From assembly GCA_963765495.1 (NCBI GenBank), contig CAVXWP010000001.1:576001-640000 (forward strand): a DNA stretch of 64,000 nt. The letters are read 5' to 3'. The position numbers were made by a program, and so were the translations under genes. Shown here one piece after another: positions 39,794-50,833 of the stretch. The stretch's first letter is position 1. Each line of letters starts with the position of its first letter. The DNA is from Blastocatellia bacterium. Lineage in GTDB: Bacteria > Acidobacteriota > Blastocatellia > UBA7656. The notes below the pieces were generated by a model, which saw only the letters and a program-made list of their open reading frames with translations, had not been told where the DNA came from and did no database searches.

Positions 39794-40253
39794 GACAAAA
39801 CTCCTAGGAAGAGACTGCCGACCGGGGCTGAACCGAGGGCCGGTGGGGCTACAAGTGGGAACCTGTCTTTATCCACAGACATTGTTGTCCGCATAGCGAA
39901 TCAAAGTCAAGCTGTACGCTGCAAAATGGCTTGCCTGAAGCCACTCCAAAGAATCTCAGGCTTGATGATCAGCCTCCGGCTACAGTTGCCTGACGTGACG
40001 GGCAAAATACGAGATTTGTATGGTATCGAGCCATTAGATTTCAGATTTACATTTGAGATTCGAAACCTGAGACAGTCAGAGTCTGTGTGGAACGGTGATT
40101 GCCCTTCTCCTAAAAACGGCGTTATCGGCGCGCGGAATTGTATTTGTTGAGTTCAGATACCCGCGTCAGAGTGTAGCGTTTTCGAGTGATTCAGAGCCAG
40201 GTTTTTATGAACGGGATGGTTTTGCATTTCAAACGATTTGAAGGAGGGAGAGG

Positions 40254-41783
40254 TTGATGAGCATACGAAAATTAACTATAACTAGCGCGCTCGTGTTGAT
40301 AATGATTTCGGGGGCGGCTTTCGCTCAAAGGGGCGAAGTGATAACAGTGGGGCCGACCGCGCAGGTAGTGCCTATCCGGCATACGGTTCTCGCCGTCGAG
40401 TACCCTGAAAATAACGGCACCGAAGTCGATATGATCGGCACGACCCTTGCCCCGCGAGCCAGAGGCGAGGCCGAGGTAAAACGCAAAGAGGGTCGCACCC
40501 GTATAAAACTGAAGATGAAAGACCTGGGCCATCCTCAAGCCCTGGGCGGCTATTACACCACGTTTATCCTGTGGGCCATAGCTCCCGAAGGCCAGGCAGA
40601 CAATCTGGCCGAGTTGCAGATAAAGAATGAATTCGATGTAGAAGTGACCACAGCATTTCAGACTTTCGGCCTGTTGATAACCGCCGAGCCGCATTCCGCG
40701 GTCAAGTCTCCCAGCCCCGTCGTTGTGGCTGAGAACGCTCTGCAAAAAGACACCGAAGGCCGCATCAAAGTGAGCCGGATAGATTATCGCGGCAATGACG
40801 CGATTGTTTATCTCGTCTCTTCGACCGATGCTCCGGCATTGAGCGCCGATTACAGCACGCCGCTTGTCATACTCGGCGCGCGAAATTCGGTCGAGATAGC
40901 CCGCCGCGCAGGCGCTTCCCAGTACGCCGAAGATGAACTGAGACAGGCCGAGATAAAGCTCGCGGCCCTGGAGCAGTTATGGCCCGGAGAGCGCAAGGAC
41001 CTGGAGAAATATACGGGTATGGCCCACGATGTGATGCGATTGGGTGAGCAGGCCCGAGAGCTTACGGTCGAGCGAATTGCCGCTTCCCGCCTCGATGCCG
41101 AACGGCAGGAAGCCAGATCAACCATAGAGGCGGCGCAGACGGAAGCCGACCTGGCGCGCGACGAAGCCGCGCAGGCCAGACAGGAAGCCGACCAGTATCG
41201 CGAAGCGGTCGAAAAGGCAGAAAAAGAGATTGCCCTGGCGCACGAACGCGTAGACCAGGCCCAGACCGAAGCCGACCGCGCAAAGGCTAACGAAGAACTG
41301 GCGCGAACCGAGGCCGAGCGGGCTCGCATAGAAGCCGAGCACGCGAAACAGGACAAGGCCGAACTCGAACAGCGATTATATGTTTCGCTTTCCGAGATTC
41401 TGGAAACTCGCCGCGAAGCTCGCGGATTGATCGTGAGCCTGAGTGATGTCTTATTCGATTTTAACAAGGCATCGCTCAAACCCGGCGCTCGCGAAAAACT
41501 GAGCAAGCTGGCCGGGATACTGATTGCCTATCCGGGCAATTATCATATCGAGATCGAAGGCCACACCGACAGCATCGGAACGCCTGAGTATAATCGCAAG
41601 CTTTCGGAAGACCGCGCCGATTCGGTGCGTTATTACCTGACGCAGACCGGCATAGCCGCCGACCGCATAACCGGCACGCGAGGTCTTGGCGAAATGCAAC
41701 CCGTCGCCACAAACGACACGCCCGAAGGCAGACAGATGAACCGTCGCGTGGAGATCATCATCACCGACACAGACAATAAGTAA
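40254..41783 (+). CDS. OmpA family protein with coiled-coil linker
   Basis: Signal peptide, Ala/Glu coiled coil, VLFDF, IEGHTDSIG, LSEDRA, NRRVEI. Confidence 0.92.
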   Translation: MMSIRKLTITSALVLIMISGAAFAQRGEVITVGPTAQVVPIRHTVLAVEYPENNGTEVDMIGTTLAPRARGEAEVKRKEGRTRIKLKMKDLGHPQALGGYYTTFILWAIAPEGQADNLAELQIKNEFDVEVTTAFQTFGLLITAEPHSAVKSPSPVVVAENALQKDTEGRIKVSRIDYRGNDAIVYLVSSTDAPALSADYSTPLVILGARNSVEIARRAGASQYAEDELRQAEIKLAALEQLWPGERKDLEKYTGMAHDVMRLGEQARELTVERIAASRLDAERQEARSTIEAAQTEADLARDEAAQARQEADQYREAVEKAEKEIALAHERVDQAQTEADRAKANEELARTEAERARIEAEHAKQDKAELEQRLYVSLSEILETRREARGLIVSLSDVLFDFNKASLKPGAREKLSKLAGILIAYPGNYHIEIEGHTDSIGTPEYNRKLSEDRADSVRYYLTQTGIAADRITGTRGLGEMQPVATNDTPEGRQMNRRVEIIITDTDNK

Positions 41784-42002
41784 GCCGGTTGATGATTGGT
41801 AACCCTTGAGCGAGTGCCTTGATTCAAATCAGGGCCCTCGCTTTGTTCAATATTTGAACAATCGAGACTTCTCGGGCCAGGAGAGTGCTTTGGTAGCCAG
41901 TGGAAAAGCAAGCCGGCATCAGTCTGATATACATTCTGATACCGTATTGAGTTGAGACAATCAGAATAAATTTAAGCGACAACCTCGGATAGAGATAACC
42001 TG

Positions 42003-42236
42003 TTATACGCCGGCCGTCCGGCGCGACCCGGTGTAGAAGACATAAACCGGATCGTCCATGTCTCCCAGATGAATCGCGGACCAGACAAACCTCTCATCCG
42101 GGTCGTGAGTTATCACTTCGCCTGCGGCGGCAAAACCGTCCTCATCGGTCTCGGTGATAGCGATTGCAACCCACTGATTCGGATAGATGCGTTTGATCTC
42201 TCCAAGCGAACAGCTAACAACCCCACTACCAAACAT
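42003..42236 (-). CDS. Small acidic hypothetical protein (77 aa)
   Basis: GGAGG SD before MFGSG; EIKRIYPNQWVAI...VFYTG reads as a real small protein. Confidence 0.6.
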   Translation of the reverse strand: MFGSGVVSCSLGEIKRIYPNQWVAIAITETDEDGFAAAGEVITHDPDERFVWSAIHLGDMDDPVYVFYTGSRRTAGV

Positions 42237-42417
42237 TGTTGGATAACCTCCGGGCATACTGGGCATTTGACGTATTATCGGGAACATCTGCTTAATCAAA
42301 TTCTTAAGGGGCTGTGGGGAAAAGCAAGCAGTGCAGGGGACGACCGCTCGCCTACATTGTAGCACTGGATGTCAAGCTCTGGAATTTAAAGAATCTGCTC
42401 GGCCAGGGAATGAAACA

Positions 42418-42481
42418 GCCACAGAGGCGCAAAGACACAGAGAAATAATTCATAAACTCTGTGGCTTTGCGCCTCTGTGGC
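42418..42481. repeat. CACAGAG-family palindrome between co-directional genes, downstream of mdh
   Basis: GCCACAGAGGCGCAAAGACACAGAG / CTCTGTGGCTTTGCGCCTCTGTGGC; related to 55577-55632. Confidence 0.8.
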
Positions 42482-42527
42482 AAAGCAAGGCGAGCACCGC
42501 TATCTAAATCATGCAGGCGGGCTTTTA

Positions 42528-43553
<1,026 letters not shown>

Positions 43554-43644
43554 CTAAGGAGTGCCAATCGTAAATCGACATGCGAGTGCATAAGACTGCG
43601 CGACTCCTGGATTTGAGATCTGAGATCTAAGGAGATTTGAAGTT

Positions 43645-43800
43645 TCAGTGCTTCTCTTTGAATCTGTGACCGCAAGCCTTGCACTTGTAAAACTGCCCCA
43701 CACGCTTCGGCGAGTAGGCGCGGGTCTTGCCGCAGTGAGGGCATTTCCTCTTAACACTTTTTATCGAGTCGAATATTACAGGCATCCAGATCGGGTTCAT
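43645..43800 (-). CDS. Small basic zinc-ribbon protein (51 aa), absent from the ORF track
   Basis: MNPIWMPVIFDSIKSVKRKCPHCGKTRAYSPKRVGQFYKCKACGHRFKEKH*; GGGGGAGG 9 nt upstream. Confidence 0.7.
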   Translation of the reverse strand: MNPIWMPVIFDSIKSVKRKCPHCGKTRAYSPKRVGQFYKCKACGHRFKEKH

Positions 43801-43853
43801 AAATCCCTGCCTCCCCCGGTCATTTCAGCATATCACAATCCTCTGACTCGGAA

Positions 43854-45845
43854 TTATCGGCCCGGCCCGTTATCGGTTCTGAATGGAGAGGCCGGAAGCC
43901 CCGCGCCGTTGTAGAGGTTCGTCGCCGGGTTGTCGGCCCACGCATAACGCACCGCCTTCGGCTGCGCGACCGATTCGCTCCATACTACTACCTCATTGCC
44001 CTCGATCTTTGCGCTCGCCCAGACAAATTTCCCGTCCGCGCCCGCAATAGAAAATCCCTCGACCGCCGCGCCGTCCGTAGTGCGCAGCCCCTCGGCGTGC
44101 GAGAACTTTATTCGCGCCCTGTCGCCTTCGACCGTAAACGATTTGTAGAGCGGTCCTGAAAACTCGACCGCTTGCCCGTAGGTCTTTGCCAGCGCCCAGA
44201 GCGCGAGGCGATGGCCCACATCCTGTTTGTTTTTCGGATGAATGTCGTTTGCCTCGCCGATGTCGATAATGACCGCCATGCCGGTCGCGGGTTCCTTGAG
44301 CGTCATCAATTGCGCCTCGCGCAGTTCGGCCCAGTCGCTTGGGCCGGGCTCCGGTTTTCGCGCCTGAAAATTTGCAAGCTGAACAAAAAGGAATGGAAAG
44401 TCTCCTTCGCCCCACTGAGCGCGCCAGTTGCGAATCATCGCGGGGAAAAGAGTCTGATACTGCCGGGCGCGGTTGGCGTTTGATTCGCCCTGATACCAGA
44501 TCGCGCCGCGAATACGGTAGGGAGTGAGCGGCGCAAGCATCGCGTTGTAAAGCACGGTCGGGGTATTCGGGTTGCCCGCCCCGGCCGGAGCTACGGGTTG
44601 CTTTGAGAAATCCACTTTTATCGGCTCGATGCTTGTCTCTATCTTGTAGAGCCAGTCACCGGCAAGCGAGATGGGCGACCCGCCCGCAACCGTGAGCGTC
44701 ATATCGGCTCCCGCGCCGCTAAAGCCTCCATCCCCGTAATGATCGAAAGCGCGCACGGCGATCACATTGCGACCGGCGCGGACGAGCGAGCCGGGAACAG
44801 TGTATTTTCTTGGAGCCATATAAAAATTCGGCGTTTCGCGGCCCGTCGAGCCAACCTTTGTGCCGTTGAAATAGGTTGTGTCGAAATCGTCTATGGCTCC
44901 GAGGCTGAGCGCAAGCTCTTTTCCGGCCCAATCTGCCGGAACATCTACGACCTTGCGAAACCAGACCGAGCCGTCAATGGCAAGCCCCGCCGATTCCCAG
45001 TGTTGCGGCAATCGCATCTTTTTCCAGTCTTCATCGGAAAAATCGGGCCGGGCGTACCCAAGATCGAACCCTTTGTTTCCGGGGTCGTGCGCGAAATTCT
45101 CATCTTCCCACTTCGCCTGCGCCGCCTCGTATTCACGCATCGCCGAAGGAAGGTCTTTCGCGGCGAGGTCCAGAGCTTCGGTCATAGGTCGAAGTTCAGG
45201 GCTGGCCGCAAGCGTCTCGCGGCTGGTCCACGCTTCGGCGGGTGTGCCTCCCCACGAAGAGTGAATAAGCCCGACGGGAACCTTGAGTTTGTCGTGCAAA
45301 TCGCGGCCAAAGAAATATGCGACGGCCGAAAATGTCCCGGCTGTCTCGGGCGTGCACGCGACCCATCGGCCCTCGACATCGTCGCGCGGTTCGAGCGAAG
45401 TTGCTTTCGTCACGGTAAAGAGCCGAATATCGGGATAATTTGCCCGCGCCACTTCGTCTGCGCCGTGAATCACATTCTGAAGCTGCCATTCCATGTTTGA
45501 TTGACCCGAGCCGACCCACACTTCGCCGACCAGGACGTTTTTGATGACGATAGTGTTCTTTCCGGCTATCGTCATCTCGAACGGGCCGCCCGCTTTGAAC
45601 GGGCCGATCTGCGCCTCCCAATGCCCTTTAGCGTCGGCCACAGCCATCGCCTGCTTGCCTGCCATCATAACCTTCACGCGCTCGGATGGCGCGGCCCATC
45701 CCCACACACGAGCCTTTACGCCCTGTTGAACGACCATGTTATCGCCTATGAGCGCAGGCAATTTCACATCTGCTCGCGTGGGCGAGGCGAAGGCTATAGT
45801 CAGACATAGGATTGAAATCGTCATAATCACGTGGTTGAATTTCAT
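43854..45845 (-). CDS. Sialate O-acetylesterase (SASA/SGNH) with inserted sugar-binding domain
   Basis: Signal peptide; GEVWVGSGQSNM, WGGTPAEAW, WYQGESN, DIHP. Confidence 0.92.
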   Translation of the reverse strand: MKFNHVIMTISILCLTIAFASPTRADVKLPALIGDNMVVQQGVKARVWGWAAPSERVKVMMAGKQAMAVADAKGHWEAQIGPFKAGGPFEMTIAGKNTIVIKNVLVGEVWVGSGQSNMEWQLQNVIHGADEVARANYPDIRLFTVTKATSLEPRDDVEGRWVACTPETAGTFSAVAYFFGRDLHDKLKVPVGLIHSSWGGTPAEAWTSRETLAASPELRPMTEALDLAAKDLPSAMREYEAAQAKWEDENFAHDPGNKGFDLGYARPDFSDEDWKKMRLPQHWESAGLAIDGSVWFRKVVDVPADWAGKELALSLGAIDDFDTTYFNGTKVGSTGRETPNFYMAPRKYTVPGSLVRAGRNVIAVRAFDHYGDGGFSGAGADMTLTVAGGSPISLAGDWLYKIETSIEPIKVDFSKQPVAPAGAGNPNTPTVLYNAMLAPLTPYRIRGAIWYQGESNANRARQYQTLFPAMIRNWRAQWGEGDFPFLFVQLANFQARKPEPGPSDWAELREAQLMTLKEPATGMAVIIDIGEANDIHPKNKQDVGHRLALWALAKTYGQAVEFSGPLYKSFTVEGDRARIKFSHAEGLRTTDGAAVEGFSIAGADGKFVWASAKIEGNEVVVWSESVAQPKAVRYAWADNPATNLYNGAGLPASPFRTDNGPGR

Positions 45846-46147
45846 ATTTCTATTATTGCGCGGCGTGACACCTGGGCCGCTCTCCTTTCTCGTGTGATCG
45901 AATTGCCGGATGAGCCAAAGCATATACTCAACCGACCGGGTTCGTAAAAGCATTTTGAAGCAAAAGGCCGGGCATCCACCCGAAGCCTTCTGGACAAACC
46001 GAGATATTTAGTGAAAATAGAGTGAGTGAGCGGACACCATCATCTCACGGCTGTCGAGCATTACAACTAATCTTTAACTGGAGAATACAGACGCAGATGA
46101 CAACCCGAATCCAGCGATTGTCACTCTGCTGAAATAAGAAACAGACT

Positions 46148-47530
46148 ATGAAACGAACCACGATCTTTGGCCTCGCGGCCTGCGGCGCGGCACTCTGGGC
46201 GGCGCAAACCATACTGGCCAGTCCTGAAACACCTCACGAGGGCGCGGCCGAGGCTTCGCACGGCGCGCTCGATCCGATGGTGCTCTTAGGCATCGCGGTA
46301 ATCCTGATAGTAGCCAAGCTGGGCGGCGAGTTGTTCGAGCGATTTCATCAGCCCGCTGTCCTGGGAGAGCTTATCAGCGGCATCATCGTAGGCAATCTCG
46401 CGCTGGTCGGATTCACTATGGCCGAGCCTTTGAAAAGCGATGCGGTCATAGGCGCGCTGGCCGAGATCGGAGTCATCATCCTGCTGTTTGAAGTGGGGCT
46501 GGAATCGAATCTCGGTGAGATGCTGGAAGTCGGATGGTCGTCTCTGTTCGTAGCCGTGGCGGGCGTGATCGCTCCCTTTTTCCTCGGGTGGGGCGTGGCG
46601 GCTTACTTTATCCCCGACGAAGCGGAACTGGGTCACATCTTCATAGGCGCTACGCTTTGCGCCACCAGCGTAGGCATCACTGCGCGAGTGCTGAAAGACA
46701 TGGGCAAGCTCGATGCGCGCGAGTCTCGAATCATTCTGGGCGCGGCCGTGATTGACGACGTTTTGGGATTGCTGATTCTCGCCGTTGTGGCGGGCGCTAT
46801 CAATTCGGCCTCAACCGGGCAGGCGCTCTCGGCGCTCGACGTAATCATAATAGCGGGCAAAGCGATTCTGTTTCTGATCGGAGCAATCCTACTCGGGCAC
46901 TTCGTCGTGCCGCGTCTGTTTCATAACGCCGGGCGACTTGAAAGCCGGGGCGTGCTTCTGGCGCTGGCCATCTCTTTTTGTTTCGTGCTTGCGTGGATAG
47001 CATCTCGCGTAGGGCTTGCGCCGATTGTAGGAGCATTCGCCGCCGGGCTTGTGCTCGACGAAGCCTACTTCGATAAATTCCGTCAGAAAGGCGAGCATTC
47101 GCTTGAGCATCTGCTCAAGCCAATAAGCGCGCTGCTTGTGCCGATATTTTTTGTGTTGATGGGATTAAAGGTCGATCTGCGCGCATTCGCCCGGCTCGAT
47201 CTGCTTGGCTTTGCGATGGTGCTGACGCTGGTCGCGATAATCGGCAAGCAGATATGCTCGCTCGCCGTGGCCGAGCGCAACCTCAACCGCCTCTCAATCG
47301 GGCTGGGGATGATACCGCGCGGCGAGGTAGGTCTGATTTTCGCAGGCATTGGAGCCACGTTGATGCTGCCCAACCTCGAAGGCGTGATGGAGCCGGTAAT
47401 CAGTTCAGGCACATTCGGCGCGGTGGTGATAATGGTCATCATCACTACGCTTGTCACACCGCCCGCGCTGAAATGGTCGCTTGACCGCACGCCTTCCGAG
47501 AAAGAAAAAAAGGTGGAAGAGAGCGTGTGA
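46148..47530 (+). CDS. Cation:proton antiporter (CPA2/NapA-like)
   Basis: QPAVLGEL, ATSVGIT, AAVIDD, GMIPRGEVG. Confidence 0.93.
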   Translation: MKRTTIFGLAACGAALWAAQTILASPETPHEGAAEASHGALDPMVLLGIAVILIVAKLGGELFERFHQPAVLGELISGIIVGNLALVGFTMAEPLKSDAVIGALAEIGVIILLFEVGLESNLGEMLEVGWSSLFVAVAGVIAPFFLGWGVAAYFIPDEAELGHIFIGATLCATSVGITARVLKDMGKLDARESRIILGAAVIDDVLGLLILAVVAGAINSASTGQALSALDVIIIAGKAILFLIGAILLGHFVVPRLFHNAGRLESRGVLLALAISFCFVLAWIASRVGLAPIVGAFAAGLVLDEAYFDKFRQKGEHSLEHLLKPISALLVPIFFVLMGLKVDLRAFARLDLLGFAMVLTLVAIIGKQICSLAVAERNLNRLSIGLGMIPRGEVGLIFAGIGATLMLPNLEGVMEPVISSGTFGAVVIMVIITTLVTPPALKWSLDRTPSEKEKKVEESV

Positions 47531-47533
47531 CCC

Positions 47534-47854
47534 GCGCTCCGTGATGCGTGAAGAGTGATGCGTGATTTAGCAGGCTTGCATGTAATCTTTATCAGGAGGT
47601 CTGCTAAATTATTCCGCAAGAGATTGGTACAAATGAAATTGAATGAAAGGCAAATTGAAATAGGCCGCGGATTTACGCGGATGCGGCGGATTAGCGCGGA
47701 TTAGATCAAATTGGGACTGATCCGCGTAAATCCGTCGCATCCGCGTCATCCGTGGTCTATTTCTACTCACCCTATGTTGGAGTTTCGCTTGTACCAATCT
47801 TGTGCATTTCGATTTAGAAAGTCACGAATCAAGCATCACTCTTCACGTGAGCGC
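47534..47854. repeat. Triple-nested palindrome between convergent genes
   Basis: Outer CGTGA-heptamer arms; middle AGATTGGTACAA 47621-47632 / 47789-47800; inner nonamer (CGCGGAT) arms 47657-47763. Confidence 0.85.
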
Positions 47855-47870
47855 ACCATTGCCGTTTTTT

Positions 47871-49580
47871 TCAACTTCCAAGCTTCAATATCGCATCGCG
47901 GAGCCGCGCGTGTTTCCGAAGCAGATTGACATACTGCCATTCGTCCGCGCCTCCTTTGGCCCGAATTATTCGAACGAGACCGCTCTTTTCAGCAGCGGTC
48001 CAGTTTTTCAGATCGGGGATGAGGGCAAGCACCAGCGCGAGATTTTCAAACGCCCGCAGCTCGTTCGGTCTCCATCTGTCACGCTGAATTTCGAGCGCGC
48101 GGGCGACTTCCTTTATTGAGGCCGCTCGGACACGCGCCGCGTCCGAGTCAAACTCTTCCGCCATGCGATGCTGAACCGCGAGGGCCAGATTGCGTACCTG
48201 AAAATTGTCCCAATCGCCACCGGGTGATCCGGGCATCTCGAAGACTACGTGCCCGGACGAAAGACGCCGAAGAGTCTTAACAGATGTTCTGTACCCGGGT
48301 CTGGATTTTATCTTCTTCTCTTCGGCGAGAGTCAGTTTCAAAAGCTCCGGCTTTACGGGGCGGAAACCGAGCTTACGGTAAAACCAGAATGCGCCCGACT
48401 CGATTGCCTCTTCGTTGTTGTAACCTACCTGATAAGGGTCTATCGAGATCGTCGTCACACCGAGAACCTGATTTAGAAGTTTGAGCGCCCGCCCGTACAC
48501 CCACGCCGATTCGCCTTCGCGAAATGTGTAGAAAGTATTGAAGCCGATCTCCATACGTTCAAACAGCGTAATGCCCTCGATGTAATTTATCGGCACACCG
48601 TTTTTGAGCGTAAACCCTGCCGCATACCCTCGCAGCGGCAACCGGCGTTCGGGCGCAAGCCCCCACAAAAAAATGCTTGTGCCTCGACCCATATCGGCTT
48701 GCACTGCGGTTTTCGGGTCGCCGTTTGTGATGCCGTAAAGCTCTCGATACCTGACCGCCGTCGCCTCCTTCACCATATCGAGTATCGCTTCGCCTTCACT
48801 CGGCCTCAGCCTCTCAAGTTCCAGGGGCGGCGAATCAAGCTCCTGAACGATATCAACATCGCTGCGGCGAAGAAGCGCGCCCGTGTGATAAAAGACCTCC
48901 GGCACCCGGCGTTTCAACGCCGTGCGCGAAACCGGGAGTTCCTGCATTTCCCATCTGAGGGGCAATTCCATCAAATCGTAAAGCTGCGCTTTCTCTCTAT
49001 GCGCAAGCGGCAGGCGGTCAAAGCCGCGAAGAAGCAATGAAAGATCCGATTCGTCTCGCGCTTTTGCGGCGCGGAGCCAGTCAAGATAAGGGATGTTCGC
49101 CTCGACGAGCGAGTCTTCTTCAAGCAGAGGGAGCAGGCGGGGCCAGACAGAGCCCAGCCGTTCTTTCTTCTCGTAGCGATCCCAATCAACCTCGACCCTT
49201 TCAGGAAAACGTCTGACCAGAAAGCGCGCGATTTCGTAGCTGAACGTGCCCGAAAGCGCGGTTCCGGCGATGCCCGAATATTCAATGTAATTGAACGGCG
49301 TGAGGTCTGCGCCCGTCGAGCGAAGATGTTCTACGCGCGAGGAAAACCCGGCGACGAGGTCTTCGACCCTGCCGAGCACTTCCCTGCTCTGCGGGTATGC
49401 GCGCAAAAAAAGTAGCGCCTCGTGAAGACGTATGAGCGAAAGCGCGTCGGGGAAATTCCTGCGAGCAAGCTCAGTGAGCAACTTCTCTACGCGTTTGCCG
49501 TCGCCCTTATTGAAATGGCGCTTTGCTTCTTCGAGTTGTGAAAGAAGATCATCGAGTGTTCTGGGCGGCATAATTTTCAC
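47871..49580 (-). CDS. Hypothetical protein, possible GNAT-like module
   Basis: 569-aa ORF co-directional with cinA (10-bp gap); GAFWFYRKLGF motif. Confidence 0.75.
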   Translation of the reverse strand: MKIMPPRTLDDLLSQLEEAKRHFNKGDGKRVEKLLTELARRNFPDALSLIRLHEALLFLRAYPQSREVLGRVEDLVAGFSSRVEHLRSTGADLTPFNYIEYSGIAGTALSGTFSYEIARFLVRRFPERVEVDWDRYEKKERLGSVWPRLLPLLEEDSLVEANIPYLDWLRAAKARDESDLSLLLRGFDRLPLAHREKAQLYDLMELPLRWEMQELPVSRTALKRRVPEVFYHTGALLRRSDVDIVQELDSPPLELERLRPSEGEAILDMVKEATAVRYRELYGITNGDPKTAVQADMGRGTSIFLWGLAPERRLPLRGYAAGFTLKNGVPINYIEGITLFERMEIGFNTFYTFREGESAWVYGRALKLLNQVLGVTTISIDPYQVGYNNEEAIESGAFWFYRKLGFRPVKPELLKLTLAEEKKIKSRPGYRTSVKTLRRLSSGHVVFEMPGSPGGDWDNFQVRNLALAVQHRMAEEFDSDAARVRAASIKEVARALEIQRDRWRPNELRAFENLALVLALIPDLKNWTAAEKSGLVRIIRAKGGADEWQYVNLLRKHARLRDAILKLGS

Positions 49581-49590
49581 AGAGTACTTT

Positions 49591-50829
49591 TCATAGCAGG
49601 TAGCGGCGGCGAATCATTTCAAGCGCAGCCGTGGAAGCGCGCCATCTTATCAGGTGACGGTCGCCCGGCAAAATCAATCGCCGGTTGAACGTGCCTACGT
49701 CGTCGGCCAGCCCTATGTAAACGGTCCCAACCGGCACGGCATCGGTTCCGCCGCCGGGGCCTGCGATTCCCGTCACGCTTACGCCGATGGTAGCATTCGT
49801 CCGCTCTTTGATGGCTCGCGCCATCGCCTCGGCCACCTCCCCGCTCACCGGCCCCTGACGCTCTATCACCTCCGACGGCACACCGAGTAATCGCGTTTTG
49901 GCTTCGTTTGTGTAGCTGACAACGCTGCCGACGAAATACTCGCTCGCGCCGGGAACCTGCGTGATTCGCTCGGCGATCAACCCGCCCGTGCAGCTTTCGG
50001 CGGTCGCCAGCGTGTAGCGTTTGAGCAGAAGGCGCTGGCCCATCACCTCTTCAAGCGTCTCGCCTCTGGTCGTGTAGAGATTGTCTCCCAGCTTCTCTTC
50101 AAGCTTGTCCGTAAGCTCATCGACAAGCTCCTCGGCGCGCTGGATGCTTTCAGCCGTCGCGGTCAGGTGTATTTCTATCTCCGAATCGGTAAACAGAATG
50201 GTTGTCAAAGGGTTGGTATACTGGCCGTAAATCGGCGCGATCATATCATCGAGCGCGGATTCGCCGATCCCGGTTACCCTCAGCAGTCGCTTTGCTATGC
50301 GCGTGCCGCGCGATTTTTTCTCAAGCGTCGGCATAACGAAATTATCAAACATCGGCTGGTTTTCACGCGGCGGACCGGGCAGCAAAATGATCAGCTTGCC
50401 CTCCTGCTCCATCAGTATCCCGGGCGCGGAGCCGTTCGGATTTGGCAGCACCGTCGCGTCGCGGGGTATCAATGCCTGGCGCTCGTTGTTGGGCGTCATC
50501 TGATAGCCCCGGCTCGCAAACCGCTCGCGTATCTCTTCAAGCACTTCGTAATTGAGCGTCAACTGCCGATTGGTGACGCGGGCAAAAACCTTGCGCGTGA
50601 TGTCGTCTTCGGTAGGCCCAAGCCCGCCCGTAGAGATTATTATCTCAGACCTCCGCAGCGCATCGCGGATGGTCTCTTCCATTCGGGGTTCGTCGTCGCC
50701 TACGACCGTCTTTAACATCACAACTATGCCTATGGAATTCAACCGCTCGGTCAGCCACAGTGAATTTGTGTCTGTGCGGTGTGGGGTCAGCAACTCCGAT
50801 CCGATGGCTACTATCTCAGCTTTCAACAT
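49591..50829 (-). CDS. cinA: Competence/damage-inducible protein A (MocF-like domain + PncC NMN deamidase)
   Basis: IGSELL..DTN, GGLGPTEDD.T, LPGPP.E, AESCTGG, TGIAGPGG. Confidence 0.95.
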   Translation of the reverse strand: MLKAEIVAIGSELLTPHRTDTNSLWLTERLNSIGIVVMLKTVVGDDEPRMEETIRDALRRSEIIISTGGLGPTEDDITRKVFARVTNRQLTLNYEVLEEIRERFASRGYQMTPNNERQALIPRDATVLPNPNGSAPGILMEQEGKLIILLPGPPRENQPMFDNFVMPTLEKKSRGTRIAKRLLRVTGIGESALDDMIAPIYGQYTNPLTTILFTDSEIEIHLTATAESIQRAEELVDELTDKLEEKLGDNLYTTRGETLEEVMGQRLLLKRYTLATAESCTGGLIAERITQVPGASEYFVGSVVSYTNEAKTRLLGVPSEVIERQGPVSGEVAEAMARAIKERTNATIGVSVTGIAGPGGGTDAVPVGTVYIGLADDVGTFNRRLILPGDRHLIRWRASTAALEMIRRRYLL

Positions 50830-50833
50830 ATAT

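Noticed and set aside
46020-46147. Na+/Li+ riboswitch upstream of the antiporter
   Set aside because: An imperfect hairpin exists (46093-46129) but I could not match the nhaA-I/II or DUF1646 consensus; needs cmscan.
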